A stretch of DNA of 62,449 bases, filler included, from an uncultured Methanosarcinales archaeon (lineage in GTDB: Archaea; Nanobdellota; Nanobdellia; Woesearchaeales; DATDXC01), in NCBI GenBank assembly GCA_964510025.1. It is 4 parts of 3 records of this genome, joined end to end, with 100 filler letters (N's around TTAATTAATTAA, not from the genome) between each part and the next. Parts side by side here need not be neighbours in the genome. Positions count along the whole stretch, not along the records: positions 1 to 11,142 come from CAZDZV010000006.1; positions 11,243 to 17,799 come from CAZDZV010000006.1; positions 17,900 to 47,624 come from CAZDZV010000016.1; 1 more part is not named here. The stretch is one strand, 5' to 3'. Below, piece by piece: positions 9,276-18,517 of the stretch. Position 1 is the first letter of the stretch. Every line of letters begins with the position of its first letter. The translations under genes and the position numbers were made by a program. The notes beneath the pieces were generated by a model. It did not search any database and was not told where the DNA came from. It worked only from the letters and a program-made list of their open reading frames with translations.

Positions 9276-10789
9276 TTTATCTCTGTATATATTGAAAGTA
9301 TATCTGTATCATCAGTTATGTATTGGCTTAGCGGTCCTGGCACCCTTATCTCATAGTCATATAATCCGTATTCGCCTGTTATGCTTTCATTAACCTTTGT
9401 CACAAAGACCAGGTCTTCCTTGTCCACTTCATCAAAATTTTCATCTCCATCATCATCGCTTGAATCCCACAATATGCCGGTTATGAAGCTGCTGCTGTTT
9501 GTGCTGTTCACTATAGCAACATTTTTTATCAACACATCATAGACACTAAAGTTGGCTGTCTCTATGGGATTTCCCCCTAGGGTAAAGGTTGTGTTCACAG
9601 AATCATCCAGCTCTGTCATGTTGAGAAGGTTGTCTATATATTCAAAATCATGCCTGGAATATTCATCGCTAAAGTTCCTGCTTATTGCCTTAAGGTTTTC
9701 AAAATCAACAGAGCTGTCGGAATCAGCAACATAGATGTTAGAGCCTGTAAGATTTATCGCTGTCCATTTCAGCATAGCCCTTCCCAGGGCATCCTCGATT
9801 GTGAACTGCCCGGTAAGATTGCCGACAATAAATTGCCATGAAGTGATTGTAAACATGCCAGAAGCATTGTCAAGGAGATCATCATCATCGCTGGCAGTGA
9901 TGTTCCATATCCAGGTCCCCACCCGGTCAGCGATAAAGCTCGTGGAGTTCCATATATCATCAGCATGCCATGACGCATTTTCATTGTCGATTATTACAGT
10001 CCCGTTTGGCGCAGTTACAGTGAAATTAACCCATATGACCTCTACATCATCTGTAACGTTTGCGTATATGTAGACAGTCTGCCCCTGGACAGGAGCATAA
10101 GGCACGCTGGCATTGTAGAGGATATTGGGCGGAGAAGGTTCTATTGTCAGGTTGCTTGAATTTCTTGGTATGCCGCAATGGAATGTATCGCATGGAGTGA
10201 TCTCGCAGATCCATCTCTCATTTACAGATGTGTTTCCAGGAAGCACAAAAGTCGAATTTTCCAGGCTTGTCTGCTCTGCATCATCCTTATACCATTTGTA
10301 TGTGTTTGTGACAGGATCTGAATCAATATCATCTGTGCTTTGGTTGTAGCAGCTAAGCGTTGCAGATGACCTGTTTAACGGATTGTCAGAGGCATTTAAT
10401 ATAGGCTTGGAATGTGTTGGAGAAGCATTAAGCGCCATATCTGCTGCCTGGTCAAACGCCTGGCCGGAATTCAGTGTTGCATTTACAGGGCCTGCCCAAT
10501 ATCCGCTTCCGTTTCTGATCACCTTGACATATACGATATCTCCATCAGCCCAGCTTGAATTGACATTTTCGATATCTATCAGGTAAAGGTTATTTGCTCC
10601 TGAAGCTCCGTTTGGACCGATAATGTCTGTTGCATTATTGCTTGAATTCCCGGGATAATACACTGCAACCTGCCTGTCATTTGCAGGTGTTCCGTCTGCG
10701 CCATCATAGACATACCCGTATACCCAGTGCTGCGCATAGCACGCTGAAGCTGCTGCTATGAATAGCACGATGAAAACTATAAGTCTCAT
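9272..10789 (-). CDS. Secreted Ig-like domain surface protein with shared C-terminal domain
   Basis: Signal peptide; D-x-D-x-D...YKWY Ig-like module; C-terminal ~290 aa strongly similar to that of 6075..9275; ATGA overlap. Confidence 0.85.
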   Translation of the reverse strand: MRLIVFIVLFIAAASACYAQHWVYGYVYDGADGTPANDRQVAVYYPGNSSNNATDIIGPNGASGANNLYLIDIENVNSSWADGDIVYVKVIRNGSGYWAGPVNATLNSGQAFDQAADMALNASPTHSKPILNASDNPLNRSSATLSCYNQSTDDIDSDPVTNTYKWYKDDAEQTSLENSTFVLPGNTSVNERWICEITPCDTFHCGIPRNSSNLTIEPSPPNILYNASVPYAPVQGQTVYIYANVTDDVEVIWVNFTVTAPNGTVIIDNENASWHADDIWNSTSFIADRVGTWIWNITASDDDDLLDNASGMFTITSWQFIVGNLTGQFTIEDALGRAMLKWTAINLTGSNIYVADSDSSVDFENLKAISRNFSDEYSRHDFEYIDNLLNMTELDDSVNTTFTLGGNPIETANFSVYDVLIKNVAIVNSTNSSSFITGILWDSSDDDGDENFDEVDKEDLVFVTKVNESITGEYGLYDYEIRVPGPLSQYITDDTDILSIYTEIK

Positions 10790-10800
10790 TATACCCCCAA

Positions 10801-11142
10801 CTATATTGTCCAGTTAACCTCTTTTTTCACAAAAACCTCATAGACTACTCCTGGTTCAACTTCAAAATTTGTTCCTATTCCGCCTGCAACCGGAAGCCAG
10901 GCTACCCATTCCTCTCCGTTCCAGTAATTAACCGCCTCGCATTCTGGTATTGATTCCAACAGCTCCTTTGCATTTTTGATTGTCGTATTCTCCGGGAGGA
11001 TGATGAAATTCTTTCCGTCATTCTCATTTCTTCTGAGCTGGTATAGGTGCCTTGTCTGGTTATCTTCTGCATATTTTTCTGCATTGACTATATTGTACTG
11101 CTTGGCCCCTATCTTGGCTAATCTGGCTTCTTTTGAGATTTC
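10801..11142 (-). CDS. C-terminal fragment of a probable surface protein (truncated by contig end)
   Basis: Open frame EISKEARL...GKNFIILP...YWNGEEW...GTNFEVEPGVVYEVFVKKEVNWTI* read manually. Confidence 0.7.
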   Translation of the reverse strand, partial: EISKEARLAKIGAKQYNIVNAEKYAEDNQTRHLYQLRRNENDGKNFIILPENTTIKNAKELLESIPECEAVNYWNGEEWVAWLPVAGGIGTNFEVEPGVVYEVFVKKEVNWTI

Positions 11143-11242
11143 NNNNNNNNNNNNNNNNNNNNNNNNNNNNNNNNNNNNNNNNNNNNTTAATTAATTAANN
11201 NNNNNNNNNNNNNNNNNNNNNNNNNNNNNNNNNNNNNNNNNN
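11143..11242. other. Artificial contig-joining linker
   Basis: N44-TTAATTAATTAA-N44 (stops in all six frames); identical linker occurs three times. Confidence 0.97.
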
Positions 11243-11646
11243 CCGCTCCGCAAATTACCCACATATAGGGGGTTTTTTGGCTTGGTAAGGAACTTCAAAT
11301 CCTGCTCCTTTACTTCAAGGAGAGGTGAGAAGAAGTTTGGCAAAGACTTGCAGATTCTCGCTGTAGGGCCGTTGATTGTTATAAGCCCCTTCAGTAATGC
11401 CAGATTATAGTTTCTTATCTCCGAATCAAAGAAATCAGCATTAGTATCCTCCTCCAGAGACATCCCGGAGATTAGTTCCAGATTCTGCTGCGAAATCTGG
11501 CTCCCATACATAAGATCAAAAACCTGTAGTAGAATCTTTCCCTCACGCGTAGGAGCTATTACAAGTTCACCTAGCTCCAGTTTCTGGTCAGCCTTTTCCC
11601 TTGCTATCAGCTTACCGAACTGCCCGTATAGTATCTGGCCCTTCAT
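11243..11646 (-). CDS. herA: HerA-like ATPase, N-terminal HAS-barrel fragment (truncated)
   Basis: MKGQI...LELGELVI...LLQVFDL.YGS...LP.FFS....L.VG.LRS resembles archaeal HerA N-termini; the ATPase domain is lost in the gap. Confidence 0.6.
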
Positions 11647-12323
11647 TTATCCATCCTTAATATCTGCTCCATCTCTCGTTTAGAGACAGAACATCCGTTT
11701 AGCTTGAGCGCCCAAAGCAGGGAATCTAGCAGTTTTTCCCTGCCATTCTCGATCTTTGGTATATATTTGTCCAGCAGCCCTAGCTCATAGGCTACTGTTG
11801 CAAGCTCAACAGACCGTATTATCTTTATATTCTTTGTCATATCGCTGAATTTCTTGAGGCTGGCCTGCTTTTTGTACACCTTTGTATGCAGTCTGTCCTG
11901 GAGTATTGTCTTAAGTTTTTTTGGATTCTCGATAAGCAGTCTGACCGTTCTCTCGTCTACAACAAGTATATTTGAACCTAGGTCCAAACATGCAGCAACA
12001 CTGCTGATTTCACCTGCATGGACAATCTGGATGAAATTGCCCTTAGCTTTGAATATATTATTAGCTAACCTCAGGAGCCTATCTGTTTTGTTGTTCTTTT
12101 TTTCTAATACCTTTAATATGCCCCTATCTATATAGTGCAGCACCTGAAGCGCTTCAAACTCAAACCTTTTGGTTTTCATGGGCTTCTCTACAAGTTCGTA
12201 TTTGACTTCTTCAGTTATATAGAAATTGCCTTCAAACTTTTTCTCCAGCGGTTCCAGAAGCCAAAGAAGGTTATTTAAGGTAAGGCTAATTAGCGGCCCG
12301 CTGTCGAACACCACTGATTTCAT
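11643..12323 (-). CDS. PIN-domain-like protein
   Basis: VVFDSGPLI...VKYEL...HAGEISS...LVVDER acidic PIN pattern; real start at 12323 (ATGA overlap). Confidence 0.7.
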   Translation of the reverse strand: MKSVVFDSGPLISLTLNNLLWLLEPLEKKFEGNFYITEEVKYELVEKPMKTKRFEFEALQVLHYIDRGILKVLEKKNNKTDRLLRLANNIFKAKGNFIQIVHAGEISSVAACLDLGSNILVVDERTVRLLIENPKKLKTILQDRLHTKVYKKQASLKKFSDMTKNIKIIRSVELATVAYELGLLDKYIPKIENGREKLLDSLLWALKLNGCSVSKREMEQILRMDK

Positions 12324-12868
12324 GCAAACAGCCCTCTGGTCAGGTTTAGGCGGTTGGTAACATTCACTATCTTTTCCTCTACTTCTGGCAGAGTTGTCTG
12401 TCCTATGTAGATTAAAAGGTCCCATTGGGATATCCCTAGAATCTCAGCTGCTCTTCCTATGGAGATGCCATGGGCATATACCCTGCCTGCTTTTTTTATT
12501 TCAGATTGGTTTATTACTTCCTGGATATATATGCGAAATTTAGAATCCGTATTCTTTATTAGCTTAAACAGCTCCTTAATATAGTACCTGTATGCTTCAA
12601 TGTTCTTTTTTTCCAGCTTGTCATGGGCTCGGCCTACAAGATCTCTGAAAGGTGAGTAGCCTATCTTATTTCTGGCCAGTATTTTTGAGATGCTGTAAAC
12701 AAGTATTGCTATTGATATCGAATCCTCATCCTGGAATATGCTGGAATTATGGATGGTGTGATTGCTCAGTTCCATCAGCTGCTGTATGTCTCGCTCCTCT
12801 TCAACATCAAGTATGTCGCTTATCTTTGATAGAATAGCAAGTATATCCTTTCTGACTATCTTGTTCAT
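12320..12868 (-). CDS. Conserved hypothetical protein with C-terminal UPF0175-like HTH
   Basis: GISIGRAAEILGISQWDLL HTH motif; translationally coupled to the PIN gene. Confidence 0.65.
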   Translation of the reverse strand: MNKIVRKDILAILSKISDILDVEEERDIQQLMELSNHTIHNSSIFQDEDSISIAILVYSISKILARNKIGYSPFRDLVGRAHDKLEKKNIEAYRYYIKELFKLIKNTDSKFRIYIQEVINQSEIKKAGRVYAHGISIGRAAEILGISQWDLLIYIGQTTLPEVEEKIVNVTNRLNLTRGLFA

Positions 12869-12964
12869 GCCAAAATATAAGCTTCTCATTTATTTAAAAT
12901 TTTGCTTTTTAAAATAGAAAACTATATAAACAAAAACACTTCTGTGGATTTAACCGGTGGTTCA

Positions 12965-13600
12965 ATGATAAGTGCGATTAAAAAGTTCCTTAACAGTTTT
13001 CTAAAAAACTTTTTTAAAAAGAAGAGCCATGTAAAGCTGGGGCTGTATGGTCCGCCTAACGGTGGAAAGACGACTTTGGCAAATAGGATATGCCAGGATT
13101 GGTTGGGAGAAGATATGGGAAGTGTCAGCAACGTTGCCCATGAGACAAGAGAGATCCAGATAAAGGAGCAGGTGAACATTAAATCAAAGGATGGAAAAGA
13201 GCTCAGCTTCAATCTGGTAGATACTCCGGGTATAGCTACCAAAATTGACTATGAGGATTTTATGAAAGGTGGAATGAAAGAAAAGGAAGCCAAGCAAAGG
13301 GCCAAAGAAGCCACAAAAGGTGTGATAGATGCTATAAAATGGCTTGATGAGATGGATACTGTAATAGTTGTCTTGGACTCCACAAAAGATCCCTACAGCC
13401 AGGTTAATATTACGATTATCGGCAACCTAGAGGCAAGGGGCATTCCTGTGATGATTGTTGCAAATAAGATAGACCTAAAAAAATCAAAGATTAAGAAGAT
13501 AGAGGCAGCTTTCCCCCAGTATGATGTTGTGGGAATATCTGCTAAATACGGAAAGAATACAGATAAATTTTATGAAAAACTGTTTGAATTAGCTGCATGA
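12965..13600 (+). CDS. arvA: Small Era-like GTPase ArvA/OapA
   Basis: GPPNGGKTT, HETR, DTPG and NKID motifs, followed by DUF2073- and DUF2072-like genes. Confidence 0.85.
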   Translation: MISAIKKFLNSFLKNFFKKKSHVKLGLYGPPNGGKTTLANRICQDWLGEDMGSVSNVAHETREIQIKEQVNIKSKDGKELSFNLVDTPGIATKIDYEDFMKGGMKEKEAKQRAKEATKGVIDAIKWLDEMDTVIVVLDSTKDPYSQVNITIIGNLEARGIPVMIVANKIDLKKSKIKKIEAAFPQYDVVGISAKYGKNTDKFYEKLFELAA

Positions 13601-13995
13601 GGGATAATATGTTAACGCTTCATTTCATACCATACAGCCAAATTGAGGATCTGGGATCTGCCCGCAGGGTTAAGAAGGTACTTGATATTGTGAAAGAGAA
13701 CAAGATAGTGCTGCTCGAGGGCAGGTTGAAAAAAGAAGAAGAGACAGATTTGATAGCCATCACGATGGAAGAGATTGACTCAAAGTTCAAGGGGATAGAA
13801 ATTGCCTCCATAGATCCGCAAAAAAAGGATATGGCATTCCATAGGAAACTCAGATCCAACGTAGTCAATTTGCTGCTTGGAGACAGGCAGGGCTTTACGA
13901 TAATAGGGCCAGCTTCTGTAGTCAAGGAGATAAAAAAAGATCCTGATAAGATAGAACTTTTCACTAAGGAAACTAAGAAGAGAAAAAAGAAGTAA
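13597..13995 (+). CDS. arvB: DUF2073 family protein ArvB/OapB
   Basis: IVLLEGRL..EEETDLI..TM..I...FKGIEI...GFTIIGPA; conserved operon position. Confidence 0.8.
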   Translation: MRDNMLTLHFIPYSQIEDLGSARRVKKVLDIVKENKIVLLEGRLKKEEETDLIAITMEEIDSKFKGIEIASIDPQKKDMAFHRKLRSNVVNLLLGDRQGFTIIGPASVVKEIKKDPDKIELFTKETKKRKKK

Positions 13996-13996
13996 A

Positions 13997-14386
13997 ATGC
14001 CCCACCAATGCGTTAGATGCAATACATTCTATGAAGATGGAGCCACCGAAATACTAAAGGGTTGCAAGTGCGGTGGAAAGCTCTTTTTCTACATAAAGAA
14101 GGATAAGCTAGACCAGACAAAAAAATTGCAGGATAAGGTAAAGCTTTCAAAAAAGGACAAGGAACAGATGGAAAAGGACGTTTTCGAAATAGTGGGCTCA
14201 GATATAGACCGTGATGAGCCGGTTGTGCTTGATTTGGAGGCCATCCGCATCCTGAAGCCTGGAAGCTATGAGCTTGACCTCGTAAGCCTCTTTAAAGGTG
14301 AACCGCTGATTTTTAGGTTGGAAGAAGGAAAATATATGATTGATATTGCAGAAAGTTTCAAGCAGTTTACAGATAAGTCAAAGTGA
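13997..14386 (+). CDS. arvC: Zn-ribbon protein ArvC/OapC (DUF2072)
   Basis: MPHQCVRC...ILKGCKCGGKLFFY...IRILKPGSYELDL...EEGKYMI. Confidence 0.85.
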   Translation: MPHQCVRCNTFYEDGATEILKGCKCGGKLFFYIKKDKLDQTKKLQDKVKLSKKDKEQMEKDVFEIVGSDIDRDEPVVLDLEAIRILKPGSYELDLVSLFKGEPLIFRLEEGKYMIDIAESFKQFTDKSK

Positions 14387-15577
14387 TTAGCTTATTATCT
14401 CTATAACATCCCTGTGCTTTAATTTATGCTGCTTGCCTACAGTCATCTTGGTCTTAACATCTATAGCTCTTATGAAGTTGTCTCCAAAATCGCTGTGCAG
14501 CTTATAGGCAAAGTCGATAGCGGTTGAGCCCTTAGGCATCAGAAAGCAGTCAGGAAGTACGTTTCCATCCTGGTCTGCCAGTTTGTTTATTCCGCCAGGA
14601 AATATGGCCATATATTCCAGTAGCTCAAAAACAGCCCTATCCAGTATCTGCTGCACACCAGTTGAACCAAATTCCTTGAGCAGCGATTCCACGAACCGAA
14701 GGGCCTTTTTTTGCTTCTCTGACAGCTTATCCGGATTTTTCAGCTTGAAGTTGCCATCGCCAGGCACATAATCGATCAGGTCATGCTTGGATGCCTCTCG
14801 TAAGGCAAGTTCTGACTCTGCTGAGCAAGGCACAAGTATATTTTCGTTGTAGGTCTTCTTTATCCTGTCAAAGTTCTCTTTTCCCGCGCTGACGTCTATC
14901 TTGTTGCAGGCTATGATCATGGGCTTTGTTCTTTTCCTAAGCTCCTGTGCCAGTTTGAAAAGGTCCTGCTCATCCCAGTCAGTTATGCTCTTTAAGTTCA
15001 GCTCCGTCTTTTCGATAAGTTCTTCTACCATCTCTTCGTCGACGCCAAGACCGGAGAACTGCCTTCCCAAGGCCTTATGAACCTCCTTATGGGTCTGCTT
15101 TATCTCTCTTGCAAATTTCTGCCAGCCCTTATTCAATATTCCCATGTACCAAAAATCAAGCTCTTTCTCCAGAAATTCGATATCTTTTGCTGGATCATAG
15201 CTGCCGGCCTCCACTGGTTCGCCTTTTTCATTGGTGGAGCCTGATATATCGACAACATGTATAAGCACATCAGCCTGTCTAAGATCATCTAGAAACTGGT
15301 TCCCCATGCCTTTTCCTTCGTGCGCCCCTGGAACGAGGCCCGCCACATCCAAAAGTTCAACTGGCACAAATCTCATATGGTCTATACAGAACCCGAACCG
15401 TGGATTGCACTGTACGTTAAAATCTTTGTCAGCGCACTCTATCCTGACATAGCCTGTTCCGTGGTTAGGTTTGATTGTAGCAAATGGATAGTTGGCTATC
15501 TCTACCTCTGCCAAGGTCGCTGCCTTGAAGAATGTGGATTTTCCAACATTCGCTTTCCCCACCACCCCTATTAGCAT
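14387..15577 (-). CDS. ychF: Obg-family ATPase YchF (archaeal type)
   Basis: GKANVGKST, NYPFATI, DVAGLV motifs and a C-terminal TGS domain. Confidence 0.92.
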   Translation of the reverse strand: MLIGVVGKANVGKSTFFKAATLAEVEIANYPFATIKPNHGTGYVRIECADKDFNVQCNPRFGFCIDHMRFVPVELLDVAGLVPGAHEGKGMGNQFLDDLRQADVLIHVVDISGSTNEKGEPVEAGSYDPAKDIEFLEKELDFWYMGILNKGWQKFAREIKQTHKEVHKALGRQFSGLGVDEEMVEELIEKTELNLKSITDWDEQDLFKLAQELRKRTKPMIIACNKIDVSAGKENFDRIKKTYNENILVPCSAESELALREASKHDLIDYVPGDGNFKLKNPDKLSEKQKKALRFVESLLKEFGSTGVQQILDRAVFELLEYMAIFPGGINKLADQDGNVLPDCFLMPKGSTAIDFAYKLHSDFGDNFIRAIDVKTKMTVGKQHKLKHRDVIEIIS

Positions 15578-15663
15578 TTTGCGGTTAGGAATTGTCTGTA
15601 TTTATAAAAATTTTCCTAATAGCAAGAGAAAACTTTATAAAGCGCTTTTCCTATAAACTGCAT

Positions 15664-16326
15664 ATGCCGCACGCAGTCAAAGAGGTCGAGGAGTTTAGGG
15701 TTAAGTATAAGGATGTTTTTCATCTGAAGAATCTCTATATAATGCTCCATGAATATCTTTATGAAGAAGGATGGTATGGCACGCCTACTGCCCTGGGCGG
15801 GCCTACAAATTATGCTCCGTCAGCGCATGCGAACATAGAAAAACTATATCTTGAGAAATTCTGCCAAAAAGGCCTTCACCAGGGCGGCAAGGAGATGTGG
15901 ATATGGTGGCGTTTCCAGAAGCGGCCCGACTCTAAATTCAATGCGTATTTTAAATATCGGCTTGATATGGATTTCCATATGGTTTATATCCAAAATATCG
16001 AGGTGATGCACCAGGGCAAGAAGATGAAGGTGCAAAAAGGGGAGATGGAAATATTCATCAGGCCTTGGATCGAAGGTGACATAAATGATCACTGGAAGAA
16101 CCATTGGTTCCTGAAGCATTTGCAGGAAGTATATGAAAAGCGTATTCTAAGCCAGGAGATGGAAAAGAGAGAGAAAGAGCTTTGGAGAGAAGGTTATAGG
16201 CTGCAGGGCGTTATCAAGAGATATCTCAACATGAGGACATTCATCCCAGTGCCAGAGCCTTTCCATCCGGCAGTCTACGGCTATGAAGCAGAACCGAATA
16301 AAGGGGGGCCTCTTCCGGTTAAATAA
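15664..16326 (+). CDS. Conserved hypothetical protein
   Basis: Long ORF; ATG at 15664 lies ~30 nt after a TTTATAA box. Confidence 0.75.
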   Translation: MPHAVKEVEEFRVKYKDVFHLKNLYIMLHEYLYEEGWYGTPTALGGPTNYAPSAHANIEKLYLEKFCQKGLHQGGKEMWIWWRFQKRPDSKFNAYFKYRLDMDFHMVYIQNIEVMHQGKKMKVQKGEMEIFIRPWIEGDINDHWKNHWFLKHLQEVYEKRILSQEMEKREKELWREGYRLQGVIKRYLNMRTFIPVPEPFHPAVYGYEAEPNKGGPLPVK

Positions 16327-16370
16327 AAAGATTTTTATACGATTTGCCAATTCTTTGGATACAGTAAATT

Positions 16371-16443
16371 GCCTCCGTAGCATAGTAGCTATTGCGGCAG
16401 ACTTGTAATCTGCAGGTCGTGGGTGCAACTCCCACCGGAGGCT
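16371..16443 (+). tRNA. tRNA-Thr(TGT)
   Basis: Acceptor GCCTCCG/CGGAGGC; anticodon arm GCAGA-CTTGTAA-TCTGC; T arm GTGGG-TGCAACT-CCCAC. Confidence 0.92.
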
Positions 16444-16457
16444 TCAAAGGTGATACA

Positions 16458-17087
16458 ATGAATCTGATATTTTTAGGCCCCCCGGGCGTAGGCAAAGGTA
16501 CAGTAGCAAAGCATGTTGTCAAGAAAAAGGGAATCCCCCAGATATCTACCGGTGATTTGCTCAGGGCAGCAGTTAAAGAAGGAAGCCAGCTAGGTAAAAA
16601 AGCCAAGGAATACATGGATTCTGGAAAACTCGTGCCTGATGAACTTGTGATAGGACTTTTGAAAGACAGGATTTCCAAGGCTGACTGTAAAGATGGCTTT
16701 ATACTTGATGGGTTTCCAAGGACTATTCCTCAAGCTGAAGCTCTTGACAGGAGCGATGTTCAGATAGATAGGGTTCTAAACTTCAAAGCATCCGATGATA
16801 CAGTCATTGGAAGGATATCCGGCAGGCGGACCTGCAAAGAATGCGGAGCCATCTATCATGTAGCCAACCTGCCACCAAAAGAGGAGGGAATCTGCGATAG
16901 CTGTGGTGGAGAGCTTTTCCAGAGAGATGATGACAAGCCAGATGCTGTGAAGAAAAGGCTTGAGGTATACAAGAAACAGACTGCTCCTTTGATTGATTAT
17001 TATCTTGAAAAAGCGATGCTTGAGGATATAGATACAGAAAGGCCATTAGAAAAGATTTTTGAGGATGTAGAAAAGACAATCAGCTAG
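16458..17087 (+). CDS. adk: Adenylate kinase (bacterial type, Zn-lid)
   Basis: GPPGVGKGT, ISTGDLLR, GFILDGFPRT, CxxC...CxxC lid; GGTGA SD before ATG 16458. Confidence 0.95.
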   Translation: MNLIFLGPPGVGKGTVAKHVVKKKGIPQISTGDLLRAAVKEGSQLGKKAKEYMDSGKLVPDELVIGLLKDRISKADCKDGFILDGFPRTIPQAEALDRSDVQIDRVLNFKASDDTVIGRISGRRTCKECGAIYHVANLPPKEEGICDSCGGELFQRDDDKPDAVKKRLEVYKKQTAPLIDYYLEKAMLEDIDTERPLEKIFEDVEKTIS

Positions 17088-17787
17088 CAATCCTATTTGC
17101 ATCAAGTATCCTTCTGTACCTTCCGAAAGATATCTTTGTTAGTTCTTCCAAGCCTCTGGGTGTAAGGCCCAGTTCAGCAGGCTCCACAAACTGGGTAGCT
17201 ACTAATTTTGGTCTGGCTCCGTATCTGGTAGCATGAAAATTTCGCAGCACCAACACCATCTCCCTTGGGGTGCCAACTGCGCTCACATATCTGACAAAAA
17301 CATGCCTGTCTTCATTATAGCCTCCCCTTTCTCGCTCCTGATCAGATATGCTTGCAGCTGTCTGCACAGTCAGGACGGAAAAGCTCCTTTCCTCGTACCC
17401 GCCTATTAGCACATATCCCCCAAAACGCTCCTGATGAGATGAATTGCTCCATGCCAGCACAAAAGGCTTCACCAGATTTTTGCCGCCTGCGCCGTTTATC
17501 TCGCTCTTGGCATCATACATATACTCCCTATAGCACTGCTGATGGTGGTCCCTGATGATACCTATATAATCCTCAAGATGACTAAGGCAGATTGAGGTAG
17601 TGGTAAATATATCGGTCCTCCCGCCATAATCTGTTACAAATCTCGGGGTAGTGGATCTTGAAAGCTTTTCAGATCTGCTCTCTTCATCTTCGTCCCTCCT
17701 GGGATTTCCCAGTGCTATGCTTTTTGCTGCTGCCCATAGCCTTTCAGGGCCAAGAATCCTTCCTACAGCTATTCCGTCGGGCCTCAT
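17080..17787 (-). CDS. Hypothetical protein (possibly 5'-truncated by contig end)
   Basis: 235-aa ORF; the frame stays open to the gap; no recognisable motif. Confidence 0.6.
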   Translation of the reverse strand: MRPDGIAVGRILGPERLWAAAKSIALGNPRRDEDEESRSEKLSRSTTPRFVTDYGGRTDIFTTTSICLSHLEDYIGIIRDHHQQCYREYMYDAKSEINGAGGKNLVKPFVLAWSNSSHQERFGGYVLIGGYEERSFSVLTVQTAASISDQERERGGYNEDRHVFVRYVSAVGTPREMVLVLRNFHATRYGARPKLVATQFVEPAELGLTPRGLEELTKISFGRYRRILDANRIAS

Positions 17788-17799
17788 GAGCGTGGCTCC

Positions 17800-17899
17800 N
17801 NNNNNNNNNNNNNNNNNNNNNNNNNNNNNNNNNNNNNNNNNNNTTAATTAATTAANNNNNNNNNNNNNNNNNNNNNNNNNNNNNNNNNNNNNNNNNNNN
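17800..17899. other. Artificial contig-joining linker
   Basis: N44-TTAATTAATTAA-N44. Confidence 0.97.
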
Positions 17900-18517
17900 G
17901 TCAGTTTCACAGAAAAGCTGATTTATGTTAACATCTTTGACCAAAATCTGGAAATTCTGGGCTCTTACAACGTTTGTCGGGATCGAAAAGCAATAACCCA
18001 GGTCAGCTGCTTTTTTAACTAACCTTTTTTTGCCGCAAAAACAATGTAGAAGCACCTTTTTTTGTTTACAAGATTCAAGCATTTCAATGACCTCTTTTTC
18101 TGCTTTTCTTGAGTGCACGATCACAGGCTTGTCTATCTTTTTGGCCAGCTTCAATAACTTTTCAAAGATAGTTGCCTGTTCTCTGATATCATCCCTGACA
18201 AGACCGTCTAAGCCAATCTCCCCGACAGCTGATATCTTATGCTTATTTTTCTCAATGAATCTTATCTCTTTATCCGCATCAAACTTATTTGTCCTAGAAG
18301 GATAGTCCCCAATCTCGAGCTGTTTAGGATATATGCCCAAGGCAGCTTTCACAATCCTGAATCTAGCAAGCTCAAGAGCTTTCCTGTTGGTCCCAGGATT
18401 TACGCCATTTGTCAGTATTACTGTCAGACCAGCTTTTTCTGCATTCTCAACGATCCTATCTACATCATTGAATTGTGGATGGTCAAGATGACAGTGTATG
18501 TCTATCAGAAGATTCAT
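17900..18517 (-). CDS. tatD: TatD family hydrolase (3'-truncated)
   Basis: IDIHCHLD, GEIGLD, VIVHSR, LLHCF and ETD motifs. Confidence 0.92.

Noticed and set aside
11143..11242. TTAATTAATTAA palindrome within N-runs (also 17800-17899 and 47625-47724) as a biological repeat or att site
   Set aside because: Identical 100-nt synthetic six-frame-stop linker joining contigs; ORFs ending in it are truncation artefacts.
1165..14386. Origin-associated oapABC lying near the AT-rich array as proof of oriC
   Set aside because: They are on different contigs separated by an artificial linker.
16392..16457. N-terminal extension of adk in the ORF track
   Set aside because: Overlaps tRNA-Thr; the true start is ATG 16458 with a GGTGA SD.
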